From NCBI GenBank assembly GCA_031370005.1, contig JANMPT010000025.1:94068-158067 (forward strand): 64,000 bases of DNA. The letters run 5' to 3'. The notes beneath the pieces were generated by a model. That model saw only the letters and a program-made list of their open reading frames with translations, did no database searches and was not told the DNA's origin. A program made the position numbers and the translations under genes. Each line of letters starts with the position of its first letter. Position 1 is the stretch's first letter. Of the stretch, positions 41,097-52,628 are shown piece by piece. The DNA is from Bdellovibrionales bacterium (GTDB lineage: Bacteria; Bdellovibrionota; Bdellovibrionia; Bdellovibrionales; Bdellovibrionaceae).

Positions 41097-42182
41097 GTGA
41101 AGTTAGTATGGGCCATGCTCGTAATTTTTGTTTTTGTTGGCTGTTCCTTATTTCCAGGACATCGTACTCAGGAATTGGCCTTGGAGTCTCCCGAGACACG
41201 GGATTTTAAATTTCTTGAACTACAAATGAAAACCCAAAACTATAACTCTGCCTTGTCGGCCGCCGAAGGCTTTCAAAGAGCATATCCGTACTCCTTAAAG
41301 CTTCAAAGGGTGCGATTTTTAAAAGCCGGTGCTCTTGAAGAGCTTGGTCGTTGGACAGAGGCCGCAGATACTTATAAGTCTATTTCTGCGATTTCAGAAA
41401 AAAATCAGCTGGAGATTTCTGCCATGAGCATTTACCGACTTTCATTTGCATATGAAGCTTTGGGTGACGATCAGCGGGTGATTACCACTCTTTTGGAAGC
41501 TTCTAAGTATTACAAATACCTGCCGCCAGAGGTGATCAATGCCGAAATCCCCTCGCGTTTAGCCATGGTTTATGCAAAAGAGAACAACATCAGCGAAGCG
41601 CAAAAATGGTTGAAGGAAGCAGATAGTGGACTTAAAAAAACGCTGGCAACGCATCAGGGGCCAATTACCAACGAGTGGTTAGCTGAGCTTTATTTCAATA
41701 TGGGCTCAATTTCGACTCAGCAATTGTCAAACGACAATATTCTGACAATTATTCAAGGGCAGTCTGCAGTTCAAAAGTATTTAATACGTGCATTGCAATA
41801 CAATGATCCAATCTGGTCTGCGAAGGCACTTCAAAAATTAAAAAACACTTACTTGGACCTTTGGAAATCCATTGAGGCTTATCCGCCGCCTTCTGGCTAT
41901 GAGCCGCTAGTGGCGCAGAAAATGATAAAAGATGAGCAGCTACGATTGGCAGGACCGTTCTCGAGTCTCATCAATGAAGCAGAGCTTTATCGTCCTGGAA
42001 TCGAGCAACAGAGTAATCAATACCAAAGTGAGTTTTTTAATTTTTTGGAAGAGTTGCAAATTCGGGTTCGCACGGTTTTAGGAGAATCCTTATTTACGCC
42101 GCTTATGCCGGGACGGGATAAGACTCCACAAAAAGGCAAAACTCCAGTTAAGATAATTCCTTCTGAGGATCCAAATTTATAA
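41097..42182 (+). CDS. TPR-like lipoprotein
   Basis: Lipobox FVGC; helical repeats. Confidence 0.7.
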   Translation: MKLVWAMLVIFVFVGCSLFPGHRTQELALESPETRDFKFLELQMKTQNYNSALSAAEGFQRAYPYSLKLQRVRFLKAGALEELGRWTEAADTYKSISAISEKNQLEISAMSIYRLSFAYEALGDDQRVITTLLEASKYYKYLPPEVINAEIPSRLAMVYAKENNISEAQKWLKEADSGLKKTLATHQGPITNEWLAELYFNMGSISTQQLSNDNILTIIQGQSAVQKYLIRALQYNDPIWSAKALQKLKNTYLDLWKSIEAYPPPSGYEPLVAQKMIKDEQLRLAGPFSSLINEAELYRPGIEQQSNQYQSEFFNFLEELQIRVRTVLGESLFTPLMPGRDKTPQKGKTPVKIIPSEDPNL

Positions 42183-42196
42183 AAGAGGTCTCATTC

Positions 42197-43507
42197 ATGG
42201 TCAAAGAACTATTACATAAGCAAATACTTGAGAACAAGGACGAAGTCTGTAGCTGGTTTCAAGCTAAAACAAGCGGCGTGGCATACCCAATTTATTCAAG
42301 TTATGATATTCGGGATGCTGGTTATAAAGTGTCGAACGTTGATGCGAATATCTTTCCTGCGGGGTTTAATAATATTTGCCCAGCTGACAAGGAAACCTCA
42401 GTAGGCCTGATGGCCAGCTACATTGATATGCATTACGGAGCAAGTGTGAAAAACATTTTACTCGTCACTGAGGAGCATACCAGCAATGCTTTTTACTGGG
42501 AAAATGTGCACACCATCAAATCCTTAATTGAGCAGGCTGGTAAAGAGGTGCAAATTGCGATTCCTCGCGAGCTTCAAGAGCCCTTGAATGTTCAAAGCTC
42601 CACTGGTCGAGAATTGACTATTGGCTCTGCTTTGAAAGGCGGGAGCTTGCTGAAGGAGTTCAAGCCGGACCTCATTATTAGTAACAATGATTTTTCTGAA
42701 GCCTATGAAGAATGGGCAAAGACGATGGATTTTGCTATGAATCCACCACGAGAGCTTGGTTGGTATCAACGGAAGAAGAGTCGTTATTTTAAACACTATA
42801 ATCAACTTGTGAATGAGTTTGCGGAAGTGGCGAAGTTCGATCCATTTTTATTGAGAGTTGAAACTGAAATACATGCCGACTTTGACATTAACAGCGAAGC
42901 CAGTCGCGATGATCTTGCAGATCACGTAGATCAAATGTTGGTGCGTTTAAAACTTGAATACCAAAAGCGTGGTATCACTCAAGAGCCCTTTGCCTTTGTA
43001 AAAAACAATGCAGGCACCTATGGCTTGGCCGTGATTCGTGTGGCATCAGGAGACGAGGTTCGTAATTGGAGTTATAAATCACGTAAAAAAATGAAAGCAG
43101 CAAAAGGCGGGCGTGAGGTAGAAGAGGTTATTATTCAAGAAGGGATTCCATCGATCATTCAGGCTGACAATGCGTCCGCCGAACCTGTGATTTACATGAT
43201 AGGTTGTGAGTTAGCGGGTGGTTTCCTGCGGACTCATTCCGATAAAAGCTCAACGGAAAGTCTCAACAGCCCAGGAGCCGTTTACAAGCGACTTTGCGTT
43301 TCGGATCTTTCCGTTCGTGCGGAGGGATGTCCCCAAGAAAATGTTTATGGTTGGAGCGCCAAGCTTGGGCTTCTCGCCATAGCTTTTGAGGGGCAAGAGA
43401 TGGGCGTTGCATATAAGAACTACAAGATCACTCCCTGTGGAGCGAGCCCCGCCGATAGTCCTGTTGAAAAACCAAACAAAATACGAAATATAAAATCTAT
43501 GTTATAG
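42197..43507 (+). CDS. gshA: Glutamate--cysteine ligase (ATP-grasp GshA type)
   Basis: DIRDAGYKV..VDANIFPAGFNN, GTYG, VIIQEG and EPVIY motifs. Confidence 0.85.
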   Translation: MVKELLHKQILENKDEVCSWFQAKTSGVAYPIYSSYDIRDAGYKVSNVDANIFPAGFNNICPADKETSVGLMASYIDMHYGASVKNILLVTEEHTSNAFYWENVHTIKSLIEQAGKEVQIAIPRELQEPLNVQSSTGRELTIGSALKGGSLLKEFKPDLIISNNDFSEAYEEWAKTMDFAMNPPRELGWYQRKKSRYFKHYNQLVNEFAEVAKFDPFLLRVETEIHADFDINSEASRDDLADHVDQMLVRLKLEYQKRGITQEPFAFVKNNAGTYGLAVIRVASGDEVRNWSYKSRKKMKAAKGGREVEEVIIQEGIPSIIQADNASAEPVIYMIGCELAGGFLRTHSDKSSTESLNSPGAVYKRLCVSDLSVRAEGCPQENVYGWSAKLGLLAIAFEGQEMGVAYKNYKITPCGASPADSPVEKPNKIRNIKSML

Positions 43508-43549
43508 TGAACGAGGCACTTTCGCGTGCTTGTGATCATGGAGGATCTT

Positions 43550-44185
43550 TTGAAAAAGTTAGGAATGACTTTTCTCCTTTTTTTGTGTTCATTTGGTTTG
43601 GGCTACGGTGTTATATTGCGGACCTCCGATTGGGGACCAATTAATCGCGACCCTGCGGCTGTTCGGCAAGTCTATGATTTTTCAAACTTAAGTGGCAGTG
43701 ATCTCAGCAATGCGATGAAGAAAAGAATTCTTTCAGGCTCTGTTATTATCCATGAAAAGCAAAATCTAGGAATTGAACTCGGTCACTTCGCCATGGCAAA
43801 GATCACTGGCGAGAAAACTCTGGCCTGCCAAGAGTTTGAGCAGGTCATCTTGAGATTTGAAGCAGAAGGTATCGCTACGAACGGCGAACGCCCCGTGATG
43901 GAAGTGGAGGGTGCCTGTGAGTTTTCAGCAGATATGACTAAGATCAATCCAGTTTTTATTCCCGTTGATAGGATTTTGGCAGAGAAACCTTCTGACGGTG
44001 AGCTTCAGTACCGAGAAGGAAAACCTGTAACTATCAGATTCCACGGAATGACAGAGACTTGGCCAACACGCTGGCTTTTGACTTCAGTGAGGCTTTCTAG
44101 CCCTGGCGATCAAAAAGAGCTTTTGATTGACCGCGAAGAGGTTAGTGAAATTCTTGGCCGCCCGATGGTGGTAAGTTTCAAATAG
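43550..44185 (+). CDS. Membrane-anchored hypothetical protein
   Basis: GGAGG RBS before TTG; N-terminal TM followed by RDPAA. Confidence 0.65.
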   Translation: MKKLGMTFLLFLCSFGLGYGVILRTSDWGPINRDPAAVRQVYDFSNLSGSDLSNAMKKRILSGSVIIHEKQNLGIELGHFAMAKITGEKTLACQEFEQVILRFEAEGIATNGERPVMEVEGACEFSADMTKINPVFIPVDRILAEKPSDGELQYREGKPVTIRFHGMTETWPTRWLLTSVRLSSPGDQKELLIDREEVSEILGRPMVVSFK

Positions 44186-44191
44186 CGCTAA

Positions 44192-45700
44192 TTATATGTA
44201 CTGTTTTGCGATTTCTAAGAAAGTGCGAATCATAACTCCACTGGCACCTTTTTTCGAACAATAGTTAAGACGGCTTCCCACTGCCCACCCAGTTCCCGCA
44301 ATGTCGAAGTGTGCCCATGGGATGCCTTCGCCGACGAATTGCTCTAGAAATCCTGCCGCTGTGGAGCTGCCGGCACCTTTTCCAGAAGATATATTTGAAA
44401 GATCTGCGAAGGTACCCTTCATGTCTTTTACATGCTGGTCAGTCAGCGGCATATTCCATACAAGTTCCCCAGAGGCATGAGCTGCCTTTTCTACTTTGCC
44501 TTTGAGTGAATTATTACGAGTGAAATAACCTGTATGGATATTGCCAAGTGCAACAACCATAGCGCCAGTCAAAGTGGCTGCGTCGAGGATCACTTGGGGT
44601 TCAAGTTCTGTGGCATAGCTCAAGGCATCCGCTAAGATCAAGCGCCCCTCTGCATCAGTATTGTTGATTTCAAAAGTTTTTCCATTGCGAGCAGTGTGCA
44701 CATCGCCTGGCTTTGTTGCCGCAGGACCGATAAGGTTTTCTGTGGAGGCAACCAGGCCTATGGCATTCACTTTTAGTTTCAATCTTGCGATTGCTAGCAT
44801 TGTACCAATTACGTTAGCGCCACCACACATGTCATACTTCATTTCCTCCATGGCAGAAGAAGGCTTAATGCTGATGCCGCCACAGTCAAAAGTAAGTCCT
44901 TTGCCGACGAAGACAACTGGCTTTTTAGTTTTAGCTGCGCCATTGTATTCCATGATGATGAATCGTGGTTCTTCTGCAGAACCATTTGAAACACCAAGTA
45001 AACCGCCCATTTTTTCTTTTTTGATACGTGCTTTGTCCCAAATGGTGACCTTCAGGCCAGAGCCTTTTGCCGCTTCAGCAGCAGAGTCTGCTAAGTTTGT
45101 TGGCGTCATCAAATTCCCAGGTAAATCGCCTAAACGACGTGAGAAGTTTACACAGGCACCCAAAGTCATGCCTTCAGCGAAGGCAGCTTTGAAAAGCTTA
45201 TCTGAGCTTTTTGCGATCACATGAATTGCAAGCTTATCTTCTTTTTTATGCTCTTTTTTTCCATGAGTTTTTAATTCGTCAAAAACATAAGAGGCAAGTG
45301 CCAAACCTTCTGCAGTTGCTTTTGCATACGCTGGCATTTCTTTTTTATTCGTAGTTAAACCGTCAAAATGGAGGGCGGCCTCCTTGACCCCCGAACCTTT
45401 TATCGAATCGAAAGCCGCTGCAATGGATTGACGAATTGTTTCGTGACTTATTTCAGACTCTTTGCCAAGACCAACGACGAGGACATGGCGGTAATTTTTG
45501 TAATTTATTTCGCGGTAAAGAATAGTTTCAAGATGTTTGCCCGTGATGGTTTTCTCTTCGAGGGCAGTTGCTAATTTTTTTCCAAGCTCAACATGAGTCA
45601 CTTTTGCTGATTTATCTTTTTGAGACGGAGCTTTTGAGAACACGACCAAAGCAGGGCAGGTCAGAGTTTCAATATCCTTGATGATAAGGTCGAAGAGCAT
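44192..45700 (-). CDS. pepA: Leucyl aminopeptidase (M17 family)
   Basis: VGKGLTFDCGG, MKYDM and NTDAEGRL motifs. Confidence 0.95.
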   Translation of the reverse strand: MLFDLIIKDIETLTCPALVVFSKAPSQKDKSAKVTHVELGKKLATALEEKTITGKHLETILYREINYKNYRHVLVVGLGKESEISHETIRQSIAAAFDSIKGSGVKEAALHFDGLTTNKKEMPAYAKATAEGLALASYVFDELKTHGKKEHKKEDKLAIHVIAKSSDKLFKAAFAEGMTLGACVNFSRRLGDLPGNLMTPTNLADSAAEAAKGSGLKVTIWDKARIKKEKMGGLLGVSNGSAEEPRFIIMEYNGAAKTKKPVVFVGKGLTFDCGGISIKPSSAMEEMKYDMCGGANVIGTMLAIARLKLKVNAIGLVASTENLIGPAATKPGDVHTARNGKTFEINNTDAEGRLILADALSYATELEPQVILDAATLTGAMVVALGNIHTGYFTRNNSLKGKVEKAAHASGELVWNMPLTDQHVKDMKGTFADLSNISSGKGAGSSTAAGFLEQFVGEGIPWAHFDIAGTGWAVGSRLNYCSKKGASGVMIRTFLEIAKQYI

Positions 45701-45800
45701 AAAGGGTCCTTTCAATAACAACTTAATGTCACGCGTTAAGATTCTATTCTTTGATTATTACTGACTATCATAATCGCAAATCCCGGCAAAGCCTTTTTAA

Positions 45801-45827
45801 TAAAGTCCTGTATTATAATACCGATAG
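45801..45827 (+). promoter_or_regulatory. sigma28 (FliA)-type promoter upstream of clpP
   Basis: TAAA-N15-ACCGATAG with the consensus spacing. Confidence 0.5.
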
Positions 45828-45864
45828 GTAAGAAGATGGAGTTAACCACCAACAGGAGACCACT

Positions 45865-46473
45865 GTGGCACTGATACCTTACGTTGTAGAACAGACCTCT
45901 AAAGGCGAAAGAAGTTATGATATCTATTCGCGCCTACTCAAAGATCGGATTATTATTCTAGGAACTCAGGTTACTGACGAGGTCGCAAATAGTATTATCG
46001 CGCAATTTTTGTTTCTCGAGGTGGATAACCCCGAGAAGGATATCCACCTCTACATAAACTCTCCGGGTGGCAGTGTTTCTGCCGGACTGGCAATCTATGA
46101 TTTTATGCAGTTTGTAAAGTGTGACGTTGCAACTTATTGTATGGGTATGGCGGCAAGTATGGGTTCAATGCTCTTAACGGCCGGCGCGGCTGGTAAGCGT
46201 TTTAGTCTTCCAAACACGCGTATCATGATTCATCAGCCGCTGTTATCTGGAGGCGGACTTTCAGGTCAGGTGACTGACATTGAAATCCATGCCAAGGAAT
46301 TGATAAAAACTAAAGAAAAGTTGACGAAAATTTATGAAGTTCACACCGGCCAAAAATACGAAACTCTTTCAAAGTTAATGGAGCGAGATTGCTTCCTCGC
46401 ACCGGCCGAAGCTAAAGAGCTCGGTTTGATCGATACAGTTGTTGAATCTCGTAAAGCTACTAAAAAAGGATAA
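45865..46473 (+). CDS. clpP: ATP-dependent Clp protease proteolytic subunit
   Basis: [23 protein letters not shown] and MIHQP motifs. Confidence 0.97.
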   Translation: MALIPYVVEQTSKGERSYDIYSRLLKDRIIILGTQVTDEVANSIIAQFLFLEVDNPEKDIHLYINSPGGSVSAGLAIYDFMQFVKCDVATYCMGMAASMGSMLLTAGAAGKRFSLPNTRIMIHQPLLSGGGLSGQVTDIEIHAKELIKTKEKLTKIYEVHTGQKYETLSKLMERDCFLAPAEAKELGLIDTVVESRKATKKG

Positions 46474-46476
46474 TCA

Positions 46477-47778
46477 ATGAGTACCAAAGATGCAGGCACA
46501 TTAAAGTGTAGTTTTTGTGGCAAAGGTCAAAAAGAAGTTAAGAAACTGATTGCGGGCCCAGGTGTTTATATTTGCGATGAGTGTATTGATCTATGCAATG
46601 ACATCATTGATGAAGAAAAGGATCGTGAGACATCAGTTAAAGGGACCTTTAAGGTTCCAAAACCTCACGATATCAAAACCTATCTAGATGACTATGTAAT
46701 CGGTCAATTGAAGGCGAAAAAAGCCTTGGCGGTGGCGGTTCACAACCATTACAAGCGCATCAATGCTCTTGGTAAAGGGAAAAAAGGCACTGACGTTGAG
46801 TTGCAGAAATCAAATATTCTTTTGGTGGGCCCAACGGGTTCAGGGAAAACATTGCTGGCGCAAACAATTGCAAAAATTTTAAATGTCCCATTTGCAATGG
46901 CGGATGCAACAACCCTGACAGAGGCCGGTTATGTCGGTGAAGACGTAGAAAATGTGGTTCTGAACCTTCTTCAATCTGCGGATTATGATGTTGAAAAAGC
47001 CCAGAAAGGCGTTATTTATATTGATGAGATTGATAAGATCTCTCGTAAATCCGAGAACCCTTCGATTACTCGCGATGTGAGTGGTGAGGGAGTCCAGCAG
47101 GCTCTTTTGAAAATTCTTGAGGGAACAGTTGCGAATTTGCCACCGAAAGGGGGGCGTAAGCACCCTCAGCAAGAGTTCATTCAAGTGGACACCGCGAATA
47201 TTCTTTTTATCGTGGGTGGTGCTTTTGTGGGTCTTGATAAGGTGATTGAAAACCGCACGACAAATAAAACAATGGGTATTGGTGCAGATATTCGCACTGC
47301 CGGGGAAAAAGATATAGCCGGAGAGTATATCTTGCAAAAGGTAGAGCCGGATGACTTATCTAAGTTTGGTCTGATTCCAGAGTTTATCGGTCGACTTCCG
47401 GTGATTGCAGTATTGGACCCGCTTGAGGAGTCGGCTTTGATAGATATTTTAGTTCAGCCTAAAAATGCCGTTACCAAGCAGTATCAAAAGCTTTTTAGCT
47501 ATGAAGGTGTAGACCTCAAATTCACTGAAAAAGCCCTAAAAGCAATCGCTCAGTTAGCTTTGAAGCGTAAAACTGGGGCACGGGGATTAAGAGGAGTGAT
47601 TGAGTCTGCGATGATGGATATTATGTTCGACCTCCCATCTAAAACAAATGTTAAGGAGTGCATTATTGACGAGAAGGTGATCAATGATGGAGCCACTCCA
47701 AAGCTGGTTTACAAGACTGAGGACGAGATGCGCATGGCCGCAGAGAAGCCTGAAAGTGACCCTGCAGAGAGCGCGTAG
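46477..47778 (+). CDS. clpX: Clp protease ATP-binding subunit ClpX
   Basis: CSFC zinc finger; [12 protein letters not shown] and RKH motifs. Confidence 0.97.
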   Translation: MSTKDAGTLKCSFCGKGQKEVKKLIAGPGVYICDECIDLCNDIIDEEKDRETSVKGTFKVPKPHDIKTYLDDYVIGQLKAKKALAVAVHNHYKRINALGKGKKGTDVELQKSNILLVGPTGSGKTLLAQTIAKILNVPFAMADATTLTEAGYVGEDVENVVLNLLQSADYDVEKAQKGVIYIDEIDKISRKSENPSITRDVSGEGVQQALLKILEGTVANLPPKGGRKHPQQEFIQVDTANILFIVGGAFVGLDKVIENRTTNKTMGIGADIRTAGEKDIAGEYILQKVEPDDLSKFGLIPEFIGRLPVIAVLDPLEESALIDILVQPKNAVTKQYQKLFSYEGVDLKFTEKALKAIAQLALKRKTGARGLRGVIESAMMDIMFDLPSKTNVKECIIDEKVINDGATPKLVYKTEDEMRMAAEKPESDPAESA

Positions 47779-48021
47779 TTTTATATTTGTCAAATCAAGT
47801 CTATTTTACTGCGCTTTCCTTTGCGCTTTGACTTGGTCTGGCTTTTTCGCTCTGCCAAAGAAAAATGACACCAGATTAATTTACTTCCCTGAACGCATGC
47901 ACATACTTATACTTAATACTGAGGATTGGGTGGGTTGAAAGGAATTAACCCCCCGCTTCGCCCCTGGGTTCTTATCTATAGCCAAGGGGTTGTCGAACTA
48001 TACACAGGGAGGGTCATTAAA

Positions 48022-50502
48022 ATGAGCGAGAGCAACAAGGTCCAACAACTTCCACTATTGCCTTTAAGGGATCTCATCATTTTTCCGCACATGATGATGC
48101 CTCTGTTTGTAGGCCGTGATAAGAGCATCAATGCTCTTGAAGAGGCCATGAGTAAACAAACGGACATTGTTCTTGCCGCTCAAAAAGATGCGAAGACAAA
48201 TAACCCAGAGCCTAAAGATATCTATCAAACGGGAACAATAGCCACGATTATTCAGCTTTTGAGAATACCTGATGGAACAGTCAAGGTTCTAGTTGAGGGT
48301 AAGCGAAGGGTTCGCATCAAAAACTTTATACCAAATGAAAACTTCTTCCAGGTTTCCTGCGAGGAAATCCCTGAGGAGAGCGAAAGCCCTGTTGAAGCAG
48401 CCGCGCTTGTGCGTTCTGTTAAAACAACTTTCGAAACATACGTTAAGCTCAACAAACGAATTCCTCCTGAAATTTTAATGAGAGTTTCTACAATCGAAAG
48501 TCCAGGGGAGCTTGCTGACATTATCGTGGCACAACTCAATCTCAAACTTGAGGATAAACAAAAGGTATTGGAGATCTCAGATCCTTCAAAACGCCTGGAG
48601 CATTTATTAAATCTTATGACTGGCGAGATCGAAATCCTCGAAGTCGAGAAAAAGATTCGCACCCGTGTTAAAAAGCAAATGGAGCGTTCTCAGAAGGAAT
48701 ACTATTTGAATGAGCAAATGCAGGCTATTCAAAAGGAACTTGGCGAGAAAGATGATTACCAGGCTGAGCTTCAGGATTTGGAAATAAAAACCAAGGCCAA
48801 AAAAATGAGCCAAGAGGCCAAAGACAAAGTAATGAAGGAGATCAAAAAGCTGAAGATGATGTCTCCGATGTCTGCAGAGGCCACTGTCGTCCGCAACTAC
48901 ATTGACTGGGTTTTGTCTCTACCATGGGCCGATTACGCTGATGAAAAACACGACATCAGGAATGCACAGAAGGTTCTTGACGATGATCATTGGGGACTTG
49001 AGAGAGTGAAAGAAAGAATTCTGGAATACTTGGCGGTTCTTTCAATTTCTAAAAACATGAAGGGGCCTATCCTCTGTCTTGTGGGGCCCCCTGGTGTCGG
49101 TAAGACTTCCTTGGCTAAGTCGATTGCAGAGTCCATGAATCGTCCGTTTGCACGGATTTCTTTGGGCGGAGTAAGGGATGAGGCAGAAATTCGTGGTCAT
49201 AGAAAAACATACGTCGGGGCGATGCCAGGAAAAATCCTGCAAGCACTCCGTAAAGTTGATAAAGGCAATCCCTTGGTTCTCTTGGATGAGATCGATAAGA
49301 TGGCCTCTGATTTCCGCGGTGATCCAGCGTCAGCAATGCTTGAGGTTTTGGACCCCGAGCAAAATGCGACCTTCCAAGATCACTATTTGGAATTGGAATA
49401 TGATCTTTCTAAAGTAATGTTTATTGCGACGGCGAATACATTGCACACAGTTCCTAGACCACTTTTAGACCGCATGGAGATCATCAGTCTTGAGGGGTAT
49501 ATTGAGCAGGAGAAGTTCCATATTGCAAAGAACTATCTTGTGCCAAAGCAAATCGAAAATCATGGGCTGAAAGAATATAAGGTTTCTATCTCTGAAAAAA
49601 CGATTCGCGACATCATTCGTTTCTATACCCGCGAGGCGGGTGTGCGAAACTTGGAAAGACAGATTGCCAATGTTTGCCGTAAAGTTGCTAAAGACATTGT
49701 AATGTCACAAGCTGTGGCAGATATGAAAGATGGAAGCAAAAAATCCTCCAAAAAAGAGGCAGCGAAAACAGTTCCTGGAAAAGCAACTCCCTATGTTGTG
49801 ACGCCACAAAAATTAGTAGAGCTATTGGGTCCGCATAAATTCAAATTTGGTAAGATCGAAGAACAAAATGAGATTGGTCTTACGAATGGGATGGCTTGGA
49901 CGGAAGTGGGCGGGGACATGTTGGCAGTTGAAGCCAGTGTGGTTCCAGGAAAAGGCAAATTCACGATTACTGGTCAGTTGGGTGATGTGATGAAGGAATC
50001 CTGTTCCGCAGCGATGAGTTACGTGCGTTCTCGCGGGCCACTTTTTGGTTTGGACAAGGATTACTTTTCAAATATTGATGTCCATATTCATCTTCCAGAA
50101 GGGGCTGTGCCGAAGGACGGGCCTTCAGCGGGTATTGCATTGACGACAAGCATCGTGTCAGCGATTACAAAAATTCCGGTGAAAAGAACTGTTGCAATGA
50201 CTGGGGAGATTTCCTTAAGGGGTCGTGTTTTGGCGATTGGTGGCTTGAAAGAGAAGATCTTAGCCGCTCACCGCGGTGGTATTAAGATGATTATGTGTCC
50301 GAAGGAAAATGAAAAAGATCTTAAGGATATTCCTAAGGAAGTGATGAAAGAGCTGAAGGTGATTTTAGTGGATCATGTCGATCAGGTATTAATCAACGCT
50401 TTGGACATCAAAAATCCTAAGGAGCTCTTCAAGGTTTCAAAAGAGACAGATTACGGGGTCAAGGCTCAGTACACTGGTCAGTCACTACATCAACATCACT
50501 AA
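48022..50502 (+). CDS. lon: Lon protease
   Basis: [24 protein letters not shown] and IGGLKEK motifs. Confidence 0.97.
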   Translation: MSESNKVQQLPLLPLRDLIIFPHMMMPLFVGRDKSINALEEAMSKQTDIVLAAQKDAKTNNPEPKDIYQTGTIATIIQLLRIPDGTVKVLVEGKRRVRIKNFIPNENFFQVSCEEIPEESESPVEAAALVRSVKTTFETYVKLNKRIPPEILMRVSTIESPGELADIIVAQLNLKLEDKQKVLEISDPSKRLEHLLNLMTGEIEILEVEKKIRTRVKKQMERSQKEYYLNEQMQAIQKELGEKDDYQAELQDLEIKTKAKKMSQEAKDKVMKEIKKLKMMSPMSAEATVVRNYIDWVLSLPWADYADEKHDIRNAQKVLDDDHWGLERVKERILEYLAVLSISKNMKGPILCLVGPPGVGKTSLAKSIAESMNRPFARISLGGVRDEAEIRGHRKTYVGAMPGKILQALRKVDKGNPLVLLDEIDKMASDFRGDPASAMLEVLDPEQNATFQDHYLELEYDLSKVMFIATANTLHTVPRPLLDRMEIISLEGYIEQEKFHIAKNYLVPKQIENHGLKEYKVSISEKTIRDIIRFYTREAGVRNLERQIANVCRKVAKDIVMSQAVADMKDGSKKSSKKEAAKTVPGKATPYVVTPQKLVELLGPHKFKFGKIEEQNEIGLTNGMAWTEVGGDMLAVEASVVPGKGKFTITGQLGDVMKESCSAAMSYVRSRGPLFGLDKDYFSNIDVHIHLPEGAVPKDGPSAGIALTTSIVSAITKIPVKRTVAMTGEISLRGRVLAIGGLKEKILAAHRGGIKMIMCPKENEKDLKDIPKEVMKELKVILVDHVDQVLINALDIKNPKELFKVSKETDYGVKAQYTGQSLHQHH

Positions 50503-50529
50503 AAATTACGCAAATATGGCAATTATTTC

Positions 50530-50560
50530 AGGGGGGGTCGAAAGACCCTCCCTTTTTATT
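50530..50560 (+). terminator. Rho-independent terminator after lon
   Basis: GGGGGGGTC-GAAA-GACCCTCCC hairpin followed by TTTTTATT. Confidence 0.85.
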
Positions 50561-50676
50561 CACTAAATGCTCGAAAACAAGGCAACGCTATCAGTCAGTG
50601 GATTGACGTATTATTAGGAATCTGTCAGAAAGTGACCTTCATTCCATTCGGTTATTTTAAAAAGGGGATCCGCGTA

Positions 50677-51780
50677 ATGAGTCAATTCGATCGCACATTT
50701 GAGGTGGGCAAGCTTTATTGCGATCGCGGCGATTTTAAGGCAGCAATTGGGCATCTTAAGGAAGCTGTTGCTGGTTACTTTTCAGATAAAGACTACTCTG
50801 GATACTTAAAATCAATGAACCTTCTTCTCAGAATTTATGCTGAGATGGAAATGTTTGATGAAATTAATGATGCCAAAGAGAAACTTCAAGACCTCGTTCT
50901 GAAGGAGGGCTTTGAGCTTAACTCAAAAACTTATTATACTCTTGCCGTATGTGCGTCATATAAACAGCAGATGGAAACGGCACTAGATTATCTTCAAAAA
51001 GCGCTTTCCATTTCTCTAGCAACAGACAACAAAGAAGATATCTGCCGGGCGATTTTCGGGCTTGCCTCTGTATATGCTCATCCAAGTATGGGTCGCTATA
51101 CAGATGCCTTGAAGGAAATCTATAACCTTGAGGTGTTTTTCCAGGTCTATAGTCTTCCTGAAATCAAAGTCTCTAGCCAAATGCTCAATGCAAATATTCT
51201 TCGTCGCCTTAAAAAATATGAAGAAGCGATTGAGGTTTTGTGGACAGCCTACGACGAGATTAAGTCGACAAAAAACTTCAATAGCATCGTCAATCTACAG
51301 GTGCAGCTGGGTGAGTGCTATCTCGAGATGGGCGAAAAAGATCTGGCACGTCTTTATTTGGACCTTGCAGGGCGTATGATCGATCCTGAAAATATGGTTC
51401 GGATGGCAAAAATATGGAGAGACTTATCGGCTCAACTGGGTGGTGATCAGCAGAATATTTTCGACCTGATCTTTAATGAGCACAATCACTCGGTCGTTGA
51501 AAAGAAATTAGGCCGCATTGATTTCAAGAATCAATTTATTCTTTTGGATCTCCTTAGGCTGTTTATGCAGAATCAAGGGGTTGTCTACTCGAAAGAATAC
51601 CTGGTTGAAAATGTCTGGAAACAGGCCTATGACCCGACAGTTCACGACAATAAAATTTATGTAACTATTAAGCGTCTCAGAAAATTAATTGAGCCTGATT
51701 ACGAAAAGCCCAAATATATTTTTAGAGCGAAAAATGGTTATTATATGAATAAGAGCGCAAGAGTTTCATTTGATCACTAG
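50677..51780 (+). CDS. TPR + C-terminal OmpR-type winged-helix transcriptional regulator
   Basis: TPR repeats, then SKEYLVENVW..IYVTIKRLRKLIEPD..KYI..NGY; no receiver domain. Confidence 0.82.
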   Translation: MSQFDRTFEVGKLYCDRGDFKAAIGHLKEAVAGYFSDKDYSGYLKSMNLLLRIYAEMEMFDEINDAKEKLQDLVLKEGFELNSKTYYTLAVCASYKQQMETALDYLQKALSISLATDNKEDICRAIFGLASVYAHPSMGRYTDALKEIYNLEVFFQVYSLPEIKVSSQMLNANILRRLKKYEEAIEVLWTAYDEIKSTKNFNSIVNLQVQLGECYLEMGEKDLARLYLDLAGRMIDPENMVRMAKIWRDLSAQLGGDQQNIFDLIFNEHNHSVVEKKLGRIDFKNQFILLDLLRLFMQNQGVVYSKEYLVENVWKQAYDPTVHDNKIYVTIKRLRKLIEPDYEKPKYIFRAKNGYYMNKSARVSFDH

Positions 51781-51796
51781 GTGAGAGGGGCTCCTA

Positions 51797-52372
51797 ATGG
51801 TTCGCACAATTAAGTTATTGCAGATGTGGTTGATCCTTGGCGGAATTTGTATTGCTACGTCTTCACAAGCGCAGGTCCGCCAAGATGGCAAATACTGCAA
51901 CGATACGCAAACGACACGTGGACCTGGTGATGATACTCATCCATGGCCTTGGGGTTTTGAGGTTAAGTTCCCATGGGATGACGTTCAGGGCATCTGGAGA
52001 ACTCAAAAAGACGGTAAAACTTTATATTTCAGCTTCCGCAGAGTTCAAACGAAGCGTGTAAAGATTAAGCAGATTGATTTTGAAACATGTGATGTCGTTG
52101 GAACGGGTCAAGGCCTCGAGCGAGATAGGACCATTGTTGCTCAAATAAGAAACACATATTCAAACGAGACCTATAATCTTACAGTTTACGCGTTTAACGA
52201 AGAGGACTCCCCAGAGCCGCCGATTTTAAATCAAGTAAACCAAGATCATGTTATCGTGGCACGCATTAATAGCCTCGATCGTCCAGATATTGAGTTCGCT
52301 GCTCAGATGGTAAGAATTTCTGACCATCTTGAGTTTAAGTGTGGAATTGGGGATAAAAAAACAAGATTTTAA
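51797..52372 (+). CDS. Secreted hypothetical protein
   Basis: Signal peptide; PWPWG..FPW..QGIW motif. Confidence 0.7.
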   Translation: MVRTIKLLQMWLILGGICIATSSQAQVRQDGKYCNDTQTTRGPGDDTHPWPWGFEVKFPWDDVQGIWRTQKDGKTLYFSFRRVQTKRVKIKQIDFETCDVVGTGQGLERDRTIVAQIRNTYSNETYNLTVYAFNEEDSPEPPILNQVNQDHVIVARINSLDRPDIEFAAQMVRISDHLEFKCGIGDKKTRF

Positions 52373-52434
52373 AAAATCAACTTGGCAGAGAGGACTAATG
52401 TTGTTACATAAATCCTCTCTCGAAAGAGCACTAT

Positions 52435-52510
52435 AGGGAGTTAGCTCAGTTGGTAGAGCGCCACCCTTACAAGGTGGACGTCGCAGGTTCGAATCCTGTA
52501 CTCCCTACCA
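52435..52510 (+). tRNA. tRNA-Val(TAC)
   Basis: 76 nt: AGGGAGT/ACTCCCT acceptor stem, GCTC/GAGC D-arm, CCACC-CTTACAA-GGTGG anticodon arm, GTTCGAATC T-loop, encoded CCA. Confidence 0.97.
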
Positions 52511-52628
52511 TTTTCCGCTCAAGGAAATTGGATTCTCAGAAAATCTCAAGTCAAATTAATCACATACAGAGCATAAAAAGAACCCAAACACACAAGGATT
52601 TCAAGATCTTTCAGCATATTTCAAATTA

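Noticed and set aside
4345..50149. Many antisense or nested ORFs inside typA, the MCP, PBP1A, pepA, clpX and lon
   Set aside because: Shadow ORFs of well-supported genes
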